A stretch of DNA of 64,000 nt from Macrostomum hystrix (lineage: Eukaryota > Animalia > Platyhelminthes): assembly GCA_950097015.1 (NCBI GenBank), contig CATNEN010000033.1, forward strand, positions 1,550,001-1,614,000, read 5' to 3'. The notes beneath the pieces were generated by a model that did no database searches, was not told the DNA's origin, and was given only the letters and a program-made list of their open reading frames with translations. Made by a program: the position numbers and the translations under genes. Below are positions 1 to 13,000 of this stretch, piece after piece. The stretch's first letter is position 1. Each line of letters opens with the position of its first letter.

Positions 1-231
1 TCCTAAGTCTGCACCTGATAACAGGACAAGCAGACAATGGAAGATTGACTGACAGCTGTCAGATGCGGGGAAATTCACTTTGCTCTGATTATTCCATCAG
101 CAGTTTCGCGTTCCGTATATTGCGATCTCCTTTGAAGCAGCGTGCAGCTAGTTGTCAGTCTCAAGTCTCAATCCCAAAATATCCCCAAAAAGGCTATGTA
201 AAATCCCGTTTCCCATCGGATCTCAGGACAT

Positions 232-762
232 GGGAACCAGACTCACGTCACCTTGAGGACTTGGAATCAGACTCACGTCACCTTGAGGACTTGGAATCAG
301 ACTCACGTCACCTTGAGGACTTGGAATCAGACTAACATCCCCTTAAGGGACATAGGATCGACTCCCATCCCCTTGAGAATATGGGATCAGACACATCCCT
401 TGAGAATATGGGATCAGACACATCCCTTGAGAATATGGGATCAGACACATCCCTCGAGGATATGGGATCAGACACATCCCTTGAGAATATGGGATCAGAC
501 ACATCCCTTGAGAATATGGGATCAGACACATCCCTTGAGAATATGGGATCAGACACATCCCTTGAGAATATGGGATCAGACACATCCCTTGAGAATATGG
601 GATCAGACACATCCCTTGAGAATATGGGATCAGACACATCCCTTGAGAATATGGGATCAGACACATCCCTTGAGAATACGGGATCAGACACATCCCTTGA
701 GAATATGGGATCAGACACATCCCTCGAGGATATGGGATCAGACACATCCCTTGAGAATATGA
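232..762. repeat. Minisatellite: about three 30-bp units grading into ~14 copies of a 27-bp unit
   Basis: GGAATCAGACTCACGTCACCTTGAGGACTT, then GGGATCAGACACATCCCTTGAGAATAT repeated. Confidence 0.95.
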
Positions 763-1229
763 GACCACGTTGCGATCCTTTTCATGTCCAATGATTCGAA
801 CACGCAAAGACTATCAAAGTATGCTAAGCTGCGTGAGGTCACGCTATCGACTTGAAGATGCCCAAATTCATTGGCCCTAATATCAGACATTGTGGGGCAG
901 CCTTAGACTGCTCCGGCACAGCGGCCGCCAGGACATTAATTCAATTTCCATTTGGTGTTCCTCATTATTTGTCTTAAAAATGTGCCTCCAGTCCTGCTGC
1001 CCCACTCGATATGCGGCAGGGATCGCAGATGCTGCCTTGACGGGTCGCCAAGGTGAAATGCAATTTTGCCCAGCCAATTTCCCATTCTCAGCCACGAGGC
1101 TAGGAGGAATGGAACTCGGCTTCCTGTCCGACTGTTGGGATGGAAAGGATAGCAAAGAATCAGTACTGTATATTATTAGAATCATAAGTTGTAGTTTTTG
1201 AAAAGACTCACTCAGCGAAGGAGGACCTG

Positions 1230-1609
1230 CAGCTAGAATCGCAGAAGGAATCGCAGGAGGAATCGCAGGAGGAATCGCAGGAAGATTCCCAGCGAGAATC
1301 GTAGCAGGAGGATACGCAACTAAAATCAAATCGCTACCAAGATCGTTGAATCTTATCCATAGATCGCTGCTCTGATAGCTGTGTCTCCTGCGATTCTATC
1401 TGTGCCTCCTGCGATTCTAGCTGTGTGTCCTACGATTATATTTGTGTCTCCTGCGATTCTATCTGTCTCCTGCGATTCTATCTGTGTCTCCTGCGATTCT
1501 ATTTGTGTCTCCTGCGATTCTATTTGTGTCTCCTGCGATTCTATTTGTGTCTCCTGCGATTCTTTCTGTGTCTCCTGCGATTCTATTGTGTCTCCTGCGA
1601 TTCTAGCTG
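1230..1609. repeat. Fold-back repeat: 12-bp GAATCGCAGGAG units facing 21-bp CTCCTGCGATTC-containing units
   Basis: CAGCTAGAATCGCAGAAG at 1230 is nearly the reverse complement of CTCCTGCGATTCTAGCTG ending at 1609. Confidence 0.8.
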
Positions 1610-2139
1610 TGAATCCGTCATATGATTTTAACCGAGTTGTTCCAGATCCCACAACAAGCCCAACCTGTGACATTTTGTTGACAACCTGGCAGGCAGCAAT
1701 TGTCATTGTACGGGGGATTCGCGCTGGGGTCAGCGACATTTTACTAGTTAAGCATTTGGCGCGAGAATTCTCTGATTGCCCTATAAGAAGTGGAGCAGCC
1801 AGAGAGTGGGTGAGATGCGGGCCGAATCTGGCCAGTCCCATGGCTGGCCTGAATTTGCATGCAGTTTCTCCTATGCTGTTGCCTACTGCTGGCTGGTCTA
1901 CTGGCTGGCTGGTCGAATCTCGCTTGGCTGCAGCACTTGAATCCGGGACTGGCGCATCCACTGCACTGTCAGCGGCCTGTCTGTCATCGCCTACCATAAT
2001 AATTACTCTGGTCTGCGCTTGGATATGATAAGGCGCGTGTGATGTGCACTTTCTTTCCGGACTGGACTGAAGTTAGTTTCAGGGGCGACAGTGTTTCTGT
2101 GTTAATAATATTTTTGACTTTCACTTGTTTGCTTTGCAG

Positions 2140-3035
2140 AATTCGGCTTGCTTCTCCTGTGATTCCAGCTGCGATTCCACCGATGATTCCAGCTGCGGCT
2201 TCTCCCACGATTCCTCTCTGCGATTCCTGCTGCGATTCCTCCTTGGATTCTAACTGCGGCCTCCACTTTGATTATGCGATACTAGCTGCGATTCCTCCTG
2301 CGATTCCTGCTGCGATTCCTCATCCGATTTTAGCTGCGGCTTCTCCCGCGATTCCCCTCTGCGATTCCTGCTGCGATTCCTCCTTGGATTCTAACTGCGG
2401 CCTCCACTTTGATTATGCGATACTAGCTGCGATTCCTCCTGCGATTCCTGCTGCGATTCCTCATCCGATTCTAGCTGCGGCTTCTCCCGCGATTCCTCTC
2501 TGCGATTCCTGCTGCGATTCCTCCTTGGATTCTAACTGCGGCCTCCACTTTGATTATGCGATACTAGCTGCGATTCCTGCTGCGATTCCTGCTGCGATTC
2601 CTCCGACGATTCCAGCTGCGGCTTCTCCCGCGATTCCTCTCTGCGATTCCTGCTGCGATTCCTCCTTGGATTCTAACTGCGGCCTCCACTTTCATTATGC
2701 GATACTAGCTGCGATTCCTGCTGCGATTCCTGCTGCGATTCCTCCGACTATTCCAGCTGCGGCTTCTCCCGCGATTCCTCTCTGCGATTCCTGCTGCGAT
2801 TCCTCCTTGGATTCTAACTGCGGCCTCCAATTTGATTATGCGGTACTAGCTGCGATTCCTGCTGCGATTCCTGCTGCGATTCCTCCTGCGATTTTAGCTG
2901 CGGCTGCTCCTGCGATTTTAGCTGCGGCTTTTCCCGCGATTCCTCTCTGCGATTCTAACTGCGGCCTCTACTTTGATTATGCGATACTAGCTGCGATTCC
3001 TCCTGTGATTCCAGCTGCGGCTGCTCCTGCGATTC
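2140..3035. repeat. 141-bp higher-order repeat (~6 copies) built from GCGATTCC 12-mers
   Basis: 47-codon periodicity visible in ORF 2039..3193; same GCGATTC core as 1230-1609. Confidence 0.9.
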
Positions 3036-4096
3036 TATCTATGGCCAGTCCAGTTTTCTCCCTGCTTTTCCTCGCTCGTCTCTACCAGCAGTCTGACTGT
3101 CGGTTAATTTATAGGCATCGTGTACCACTACAGTATCCTGGCACAAGACAGTTCTGTCTTGCCCATAGAAATGACTTTGGCTGCTCACACTAATGACTGA
3201 AAACCGCATAACATGGTACATGTAATACAAAATCATATGCACAATCTCCTTCAGTTCCCCTCGTAAAAAGGATGTTTAGGAATCAATGCCGTTCATTAAT
3301 TATTAAGTTGGCTGATAGCACGAGGTGGCGCATGCAGCCGCGGATAGAATTTCAATCAATAGCAAAGAATTCGGCATGGAAAATGCTGACAGATAAAAAT
3401 TCATTTGCACAGATGCATGGCTGGCTCTGCGTACTGCTTCTGCAGTGTGATCAAAGTACACCAGTGCGAATGAGGAGCCAGTCACTCAGCTCCGCAGAGC
3501 AGATGGAATAATTTTTCTAGCGAAATTGAATGCCGCACCGCCCAAGCTCCGTAGAAGTGGAGCACGCGAATGAGCACAGGAATGAGCACAGGAATGAATT
3601 GATTCGGCGGCCTGCGGACAGGACAGGAAAATCACTCAGAGCCGGCCAGCTGCGGCCTCATCGACCCGCTGTCGTCATCTTTGCTGGCAGAGAAATTTCC
3701 CATAGACCGATAGATTGGGCAGTGTCCAACGCAGTCTTCCTGACCAACATTCGCCTGTCTGCTGGCAGCTGAACGCATACGACAAACTGGAACTGGCTGA
3801 GTGGATCTCCCTATCAAGGGTGTTTAAGGCTGCACTGACCAATGGCAGGCGTTCGCTTGGCTACGACGGCCTCTGCTTAAACAAGGGGCGTGGGAAATTC
3901 GTAGACTGGGCGGCCTGGCCTGCTTCTTCCGATAGAGAGCGCCGGCGTTGACCTTGAAAACTGCTCACATTAGAAACAAGCCAAGCATCTGGACTTGAAC
4001 AAATTCGATGTCGCAGACAAAGTAGCTTCAAACGGAAGCCTCGAAGCAGAAACTGTGAATCCATTCCGCTCATCGACCAAAGCCAGACAACATAAA

Positions 4097-7000
4097 ATGG
4101 ACGACTGCGAATTCAGAAAGATCGTCTGCAGCTCCGCCGGGCATTCCAGCCTGGAGGCGGCCCTCGCGCACGAGTCGACGGACATGAACGAGCAGCACCG
4201 GGCCACTTATAGCAGCCGCTACAGGCGCCGGATGCTGTACGCCAATGTGCACACCTTCGCGCACAAGACATCGGCTCACGGTCTGGGCCGATTCTTCTCT
4301 CAGCAGATTCCCTGGCTGCGGACGCTGTGGTGCATGGTGGTGCTTGGAGCCCTGACTGGCCTCACAATGCACACTTACAAGCAGATCAGCCTGTTTCGAG
4401 ACTACCCCGTGTCCAGCACAACCCGCCTGCTCACCAACCGCTTCGCATTTCCAGACGTGACCTTCTGCGACCCGCTGATGAAGAAATTCTTCACCATGCC
4501 GTCGCAGCTGCTGTACAGCGGCAACATCGCCATTCGGAACTACTTCGCCCTGAACATGATACTCGGCTACAGCTTCGCCGTGGATGGCGAGAAGCCGGAG
4601 GACAGCCGTGTCAGGGCCATGAAGCTGGCCTACTCAGGCTTTGAGCACGCTGTGCACACCTGGCCAATCTTCAACATGACCAACGTGAGCGCCCGCATCC
4701 TGGACATGCTGGTGTACTGCCAGTACAACCAGGAGCCTTGCTCAGAGAAAAACTTCACCGTCTTCTACCATAGAGACTACGGCAACTGCTTCTCATTCAA
4801 GGCCAGCAACAGATTCATGAAGTCCAGCGGTGTAGAGAAGGGCCTGGTGCTGGTGCTGTACAGTCCGAGTGTGGACATCATCCAGAACAACGACTTCTAC
4901 AGTGACACTGTGACCACCGGCTTGGAGACAGGGGGACTCCGCGTTGTTGTACACCAGGAGGTGAGCAATGGGGCGCCCGGGCTCTGACTTGGGGCTGCTC
5001 AGATGCTGGGACTCCCCACAACAGCCCCCTCCACACCCGAGTCGAAGCAGTTAAAGTCAATCATCGAGGAGGCGTTGATTATCAGACCAGCAATTCTCGG
5101 AGCAGGGCTCGCCAATTTGCATCTTTTAGCCCTGCAGTAGTGACCTGGCTCTGAAGCTAGCGGGGCCAACTTAGCAGCGCCCGGGTCCCAAGCGAGACGT
5201 CATTTGGCTAGGCCGCACTCTGATAAGTGCGGCACGGCTTCGCCAACGGCATCGGTGATACGAGTAGAGCTGGCAAAGATCTCTCGCTGTGCTCAAATTG
5301 CCTCTGTAACTGCGGCTAAGATCGCGCAGTCTTCTTAGAAAAGCCTAATTAGATCTGACCTGCCCGGAAATAGAAAATGAAGTCTCTTCCGCTTCCTCGT
5401 TGCATTGCTGAGAGCCGGAAATGTCAGCGAATCAAAAATTAATTGAGAACCTTAGAGACAGATCCTCAAAATTTGGGGCATGTACTCTAATCTTGGTAGC
5501 TTGTCAAAATATTATTTTAAATTATGAAACGCCCAACTTGACTAGTTGTAATTTCTATTTATCTACACGATTCTACAGTATAGTTTGGAATTGCTTGAGT
5601 TCTTATGTGCGCCTAGAATCTGCCCTGCTTTGCTCCGAGCTCCGAGGTCTCCTCCACACTTTCCCCTGGGGCGTCGCGAGGCATTTATAAGAGGCCAAAT
5701 TGGCAAAGATAGACTGCTTCAAGTTCATTTACGCGGCTAATAGGCAAATCGTTGACCTCTGCGGGCCTTTTTTCACTGTCTCTCTTGCTCCTCCGCCGGC
5801 AGTGAAAAGTTTAGTGAATTGGGGAGAGGGGTGTGAGAGGCCAGCTCCCAGGTGGGGTTACTAATGCGGTCGGTGCCAGCGCAAACGGCCCGCCTTGAGT
5901 CACATTTCTGAGCTGTCCTTTTAGATTGAAGCCGAGGAAGGTAGAACTTTTATTGGCTGCTCAGCTGACATCACTAGTAAAAGGACCTGCATGCTCCTGA
6001 TCTTAAGGATTTCGCATTTAAAAGTGCAACCGGGTTGCATCAGTTGGAGCTGAAGAATTCTGCGATCCTTCCACTTGCTGCATTGTTGCACAACAAAAAA
6101 GTGCATTAAAATAATGCGACTGGGGCAGGCGATTGCCTTCAGATGCTGCCTTGGAATACACATAAAATCCCACATCGAATGAATAGTGGAGTGGTGAAGT
6201 GGACACGTGCAATCAGATAAAGCCTGGCCATCGCACAGCTTCCAGGTAGGCCTGCTGTGCTTGAAGCAGCTTGTACTGTAAAGTCGATCTTCGTGACTAA
6301 CTCGCTCAGAATGCAACCCAAATGTTTTTCCCAGTTATGCTTTTAGCCGGCTCGCGTAAACATTTTACCTTTTAATCAAGCTTGATGCTTATTGATCTGT
6401 GCTCAATCAAGCTCGATGGTTATTGATCTGTGCTCAATCAAGCTCGATGGTTATTGATCTGTGCTCAATCAAGCTTGATGGTTATTGATCTGTGCTCAAT
6501 CAAGCTCGATGGTTATTGATCTGTGCTCAATCAAGCTTGATGGTTATTGATCTGTGTTCAATCAAGCTTGATGGTTATTGATCTGTGCTCAATCAAACTT
6601 GATGGTTATTGATCTGTGCTCAATCAAGCTTGATGGTTATTGATCTGTGCTCAATCAAGCTTGATGGTTATTGATCTGTGCTCAATCAAGCTTGATGGTT
6701 ATTGATCTGTGCTCAATCAAGCTTGATGGTTATTGATCTGTGCTCAATCAAACTTGATGGTTATTGATCTGTGCTCAATCAAGCTTGATGGTTATTGATC
6801 TGTGCTCAATCAAGCCTGATGGTTATTGATCTGTGCTCAATCAAGCTTGATGGTTATTGATCTGTGCTCAATCAAGCCTGATGGTTATTGATCTGTGCTC
6901 AATCAAGCCTGATGGTTATTGATCTGTGCTCAATCAAGCCTGATGGTTATTGATCTGTGCTCAATCAAGCTTGATGGTTATTGATCTGTGCTCAATCAAG

Positions 7001-10000
7001 CCTGATGGTTATTGATCTGTGCTCAATCAAGCTTGATGGTTATTGATCTGTGCTCAATCAAGCTTGATGTTTATTGATCTGTGCTCAATCAAGCTTGATG
7101 GTTATTGATCTGTGCGCAATCAAGATTGGTGATTATTTATCAGTGCTCAAAAAAGCTTGATGATTTGTCGATTCATGCTCAATCAAGCTTTTTTATTATT
7201 GATCAGTGCTCAATCAAGCTTCACGCTTCTTTTTTCAAGGTCCAAAACTGTGCCATAAGATTTCATTCTGTCTAATTCCCATGATCTGCTCTTCCCCTAA
7301 TTTCTCCCATTCTTTGCAATGTTTCTGTCTCGCCGCATATTTGCATAGTCCAGCCTGGAACTCCCAACTCCCCAGTAAATGCTGATCTCTGGCGCTCTCT
7401 TGTCAGAAGCGAGGCCAATTTGTGTCAAAAAAGTTCTGATTGACACATTCTCTTCCTCCAAGAAACAAAGCAGGCAGAGAGAAATGAGCAGGCACAGGGT
7501 GCTGCGGTCTGCGCATGAAGTCCTGTGGCAAGCCTTGCTATGGAATTTCACGGCCGACGTGCCGGAGAATCAGCGAGAATGCCTGAGCAAACGCAACCCG
7601 CTTTGCTGCACTTCGCTGCACCAGCCGCAGCTCCGCCCATTTCTAACTGTCCGCAGACAGATCCGAGAGGGAGGACCCGGCAGTGGGTGCAGCGATTTAT
7701 TTTCCGAAAAATATACCTTTTGCAATCTGGTTTGCCAGAACTGTAATCTATTTTGCCCGAAACGAATTTATTTGAGAACGAATCAACTAAAACTAACAGG
7801 GACTGACCTGACACACTGCACAATTGACTTCGAAGAGTTGCAAAAATCAATGACTAAGTTCATATAAATAGAGTCGTCTGTTGCTTGTCATTCAATCATA
7901 GTTGTTAATTAGCTGCGGACACCTCTGAATGCACGTTTGAGTATGATTCACCCACTGAATGCTGCCATGCTGTCATGCTGCCATGCTGTCATGCTGTCAT
8001 GCTGTCATGCTGTCATGCTGTCATGCTGTCATGCTGTCATGCTGTCATGCTGTCATGCTGTCATGCTGTCATGCTGTCATGCTGTCATGCTGTCATGCTG
8101 TCATGCTGTCATGCTGTCATGCTGCGAGATTCTGTTCTATCGTGGCATTCGCTGCCAGTGCCAAATTTCTGTCAGGATCTTCTCGTTGGATGGCAGTCTT
8201 TTGAATTCTCACCTCAGTGCTGATCCTGCCCTCTCGACTGGGTTGATGAATGGTGAATATGGCGGCAGAAAGCGAAAGTCATGACCGTTCGACATCACAG
8301 GAACATTGAGATGGGCCCTTGCTCCGTCAAACAGAACGACGAAATCTCCCTCGACTAGTCGATCGATCTCTGACAAAAATCCGGCGAAGTGCTCGTTGCG
8401 AAATCCGCCTTTGTTCAGAGCAAAGTGCACAAGACGCAAGCTCCTGGGAAATCGCCAGGATTTGTCTATGGTTCAAACCATGGCAATGAATGGGCAGGCT
8501 GAGCCAAGATATAGAAATATGTAAGTAAATTCTCTCCGTGGACAAAATTGATTGCAGTTTTGGCAAACTACGCTCGCAGATTGCAAAATGGCAGATTAGA
8601 CTGGGCTGAGACAACCCAGTCTGAGAAGCTTGCAACTTGCTGACGGGAAAACTTTTTGTAGTTGGACAAGCTGAGAGGCGCGGCAGCTGATTGTATCTTT
8701 AATTTGATGCGCACTGCAGTGGATTTGCATGATTCATGCTCTGGATTCTCATTTGTCCCGTTGTTATCGTTCCTGGCATTCAAACACAAGCATTAGCTTC
8801 AGTTTATTGCGCATATAAATCAGGATTTGCTCCAACAGACATTTCCACCGGCTGCATCTATCTAGCTCTCATGCTGTCGCAACTCTTGCATTTCAGTGGC
8901 TGAATGATGCAGTCTGGCGGCAAGTCGTGAAACTTCCGGATTAATTAATACCAAATTTCAGTTACTATGCGGCACCAAGTCATCTTCTGTTTCACTCCTA
9001 TCAGACCTGTTGGGACACATATTATTACCTGTTAGATCTCTGTTAGACACAGATTCAAACCTGTTAGACACCGATTCAAACCTGTTAGACACAGATTCAA
9101 ACCTGTTAGACGCATATTCAAACCTGTTAGACACAGATTCAAACCTGTTAGACACCGATTCAAACCTGTTAGACACAGATTCAAACCTGTTAGACGCAGA
9201 TTCAAACCTGTTAGACACAGATTCAAACCTGTTAGACACAGATTCAAACCTGTTAGACACAGATGCTTAAACAGTAAAAATAACAAGCTATTTAATCTTA
9301 TTGCGAAGATTAAGATTATTTTCGCCTATGTTTGCTAGCCTAAAAGTAATTTAGACGAAATTAGCCCTTCTAAATAAATGACTATTTCGAAAAACCAGTT
9401 CGTACTTGTTTATATCTACAGTAACTAAGCAGGACGACACAAAAGGGCCCAAATTGAGTTAACACCAATCAAATAAATTTCACTGGGAACTTTTGACATT
9501 CACCTATAAAGATATACAAAGCTAAATTGAACAGATCGGCGTAATTGCACTGCGGTTGCATATCAGTGATGGATCGTATTGGCCAGTGCTGAACACCAGC
9601 TATTTAAACTAATTGGGACAGAGGCTGCACACGCACTCGCTCTGAATTCTCCGGGTCAAACGCAAGGTTGATTTATTTGATGGGGTTTAGGCCGCCACCA
9701 GCTGCCAACCCGTCAGAGGGCTAGGGTTAGGTTTAGGGTTAGGGTTAGGGTTAGGGTTAGGGTTCGGGTCCCTGAATCCCGTTAGGCAGAAATTGAAACC
9801 TCAACTGGCGCTGGCTCCTCGGGCTAGATTTTTCTTAAGCATGGGAACGAATTGCTAATCTTCTTTTGGGGTGGAGAAGGACACAATGCCAAGATTTAAT
9901 GCTTTGAAATTGCTTCTAAAATGCCATCCGTTGCTTTACGAGTTTTGTCTATCGAGATGCGAGTTTTATCGCTTTTTGGTTTCAGATTAGTTTTTCTCTT

Positions 10001-13000
10001 TCGTTGCTGCTTTTACAGAGGGGAGTGGGGTTGAAGGCCAGCTTCGTGACAGATTTAGTTTTTCTCCGAATTCGGTTCCACACAGATTCAAGAATTTCAG
10101 TTTCTGTGGTAAGCATATGAAGTTCGGAAAAGTTTCACTTGCTGATTCTGACTTACCTGTGTACGACTGATTGTTCATTTTTGCACCCCTTCTTCTGAAA
10201 GAATGTGGCAAATTGTACCTGAGTCTTGATGTACTTTGAGCATCAATGCAATGAGTCATAATGTACTTCAACAGTCACTGCACTAAATCATGAAGTGCTT
10301 CAAAAGTCACTGCGGTGAGTCATGATAAAAACTGAGATTCATCATACGATTCGAAAACCTGACCTCCGCAGGACACGATCCCCTATCCCAGCGAGTACGG
10401 CATCAACTCGCCCAGCGGCATGCAGACGGTGCTGGCGCTCAACCAGGTGCAAACCAGCCTGGCCAACACTCCGACTAAGCGCTGCGAGCCCAGGGATAAG
10501 TTCAGCGCCTTCGACCACCTGCTCAAGTGAGCTGGGGTCCCGTAGCTTGAATCCAGTAGTTGGAATCCCGTATTTAACATCCCATAGTTGGAATCCCGTA
10601 TTTAACATCCCATAGTTGGAATCCCATATTTGGAATCCCATAGTTGGAATCCCATAGTTAGAATCCCGTAGTTGGAATCTCATAGTTGGAATCCCGTAGT
10701 TAGAATCCCATAGTTGGAATCCCGTAATTAGAATCCCGTAGTTAGAATCCCGTAGTTAGAATCCCGTAGTTTGAATCCCATAGTTGGAATCCCGTAGTTA
10801 GAATCCCGTAGTTAGAATCCCGTAGTTAGAATCCCATAGTTGGAATCCCGTAGTTAGAATCCCGTAGTTTGAATCCCATAGTTGGAATCCCGTAGTTAGA
10901 ATCCCGTAGTTTGAATCCCATAGTTGGAATCCCGTAGTTGGAATCCCATAGTTGGAATCCCGTAGTTGGAATCCCGTACTCGGTGTTCTGAGCTCGAAGA
11001 CCCGTATTAAGAGACCCCGTAATGGGAGTCCCGTAGTTGAAGTTCCCGCGGAGTTTTTCATTGTCGTTACGTCCTTAATCTTATTTTAACAAGCAGGTGT
11101 GGTTAGATCCATGGCCCAAATATGCAGAGGCCTATTAAACTCAAGTTTATTGCGAAATTGTCGGAGACAATTATATTAAGTGTGGCAGCTTAGCGCCATT
11201 GATTTCAGCTAACTTTTAAAGAAGATATAACACGTAATTGTTGGATGAGCATAGCTTTTGCGGTTATATCATTTCTGAGCTGAGTTCAGAGTTTAGAGCC
11301 GTATCAAGGCCATAGACACCGAAGATTAAAACAATCGTTGCCTAGCACTGGTACGCTAATTCTTTCCATTGGCTAGAACTTAAGCGGTTATAGCCATAGA
11401 CAAAAGCACAAGGCAGAAATAATCTGGCACGCCAAGCTAGAAATTAATCAGTTAAGAAGAGTCCATAGTCTATGGTAGAAGGCAAAGCCAGAAGCCGTTG
11501 TCTTGCATATAACCTACAAACAATGATGGTTAATTTTGTTTGCCGTGCCAAGGGATTGTAAACCAGAAAAAACTGATAAACACAATGTATACTGTACGGC
11601 CTAAGGATAAGGAATTAAGAGATGCAGCAGAAAATGCGACAAGCATTCGCACTCCGTCGGGTACGGGATCGGCACTCAGTGATAGCGGGGGAAGTGCGCC
11701 TCCCCCCTCGGCCTAATTAGAAGCGCCTGAACAAGCAGGGCGGATGCGGGCCGCAAATACACAGATAGAGAGAGATAGAGAGAGGAAAAGCAGAAGACTG
11801 ATTTGGACCCGATGAGCCGCCAACGCTGTGAAAACAGCAGGCGGGCTGTGCCAGCTTGACACAACACTCTCGTGTTTGCGAGCAGAGCGGGTATCCGAGA
11901 GCTTTAGCAAGAAATCCATAGCCGACAAAGCGAGTATTATCATTCGGTTTTCGATTCTCTGACGCACTATACTGCTACCGGCTAGTCCTCAAGGCCTGTG
12001 GAGAATTGGTGAAAAATTTTTCAGCCAACGCATAAAATGGTCTGCGCAAGTTGGTTTAGTGCATAGTTTATTACTTTTATTGCGCAAGTTGGTTTAGTGT
12101 AGAGTTTATTACTTTTCTTGTGTATTAAACTAGTTTTTCCAAGTCTGGTTACTGGACTGGGGATTCGAGCTCGCTACTCTCCGCATTATCGACTCTGGAA
12201 TTCATCGGGAATTAGGCCTTAGTTTGATCTGATTGGCGATAACTAAATCACTTTGTCCAAGTCCCACGAGTCACTGCTTCTGATCTTGGCCCAATTAGGA
12301 TAATCTTTTCTGCTCATAAGAGACATCGTGGAGAAAAATAAGTTAAAAACTCGATCAACACAGAAGCAGTACCGACTCACAGTCTTCTCAAGCTGTCGCG
12401 GAGAAGGCCGGCCAGCTTTTTCGGTCGATTTATTATTCATTAGCTCTGGGCTATGGGGAGTCTCGGGAACGTTCTTGCCTTTACTTGTCCAATGGCGCCA
12501 ATGCCTTGCCCACAGGTGATTCTTGGAATGCGAGGGTAGCACTGGGTCTCCTTCGCTCTTGAAGGTTGTGCCAGCACTGTAGCACAGTAGCACACATATT
12601 TTATGCCACGTTACGATAAGCACAAATAGTATCGATTCGGTGTACTAGTACGGTAATTCATGATTTGTTCACAGTTCGAAATGTCCGAAATGTAAATATA
12701 GCCAAATGTGGTGGTATAAATATATAGTTTATTTCTATCGTCTATGGGCAAAACTGGCTGTTACTTGGATGTGAAACGCGTCCTCAGCCGTGCCTGGGAC
12801 ATAGACAACGAAATCTGGGGGGGGGTTACTTATAATTCCGTTTATTTTTGTCTATGGTCTGAATTCAAATCAGAGGACTCACTTCTTGGCTGAGGTGAAG
12901 CCGAGAAATAAATAATCAGTACGTAATAACTAATGCTCCGGTCTGTCTACGGAAAATATTCTGAAATAATAAATATGTAACGATATTTTAGATTAACGGT

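Noticed and set aside
12045-12200. 37-bp direct duplication and a B-box-like GAGCTCGAATCCC on the minus strand
   Set aside because: No convincing A-box, cloverleaf or second copy; too weak to call a SINE or tRNA.
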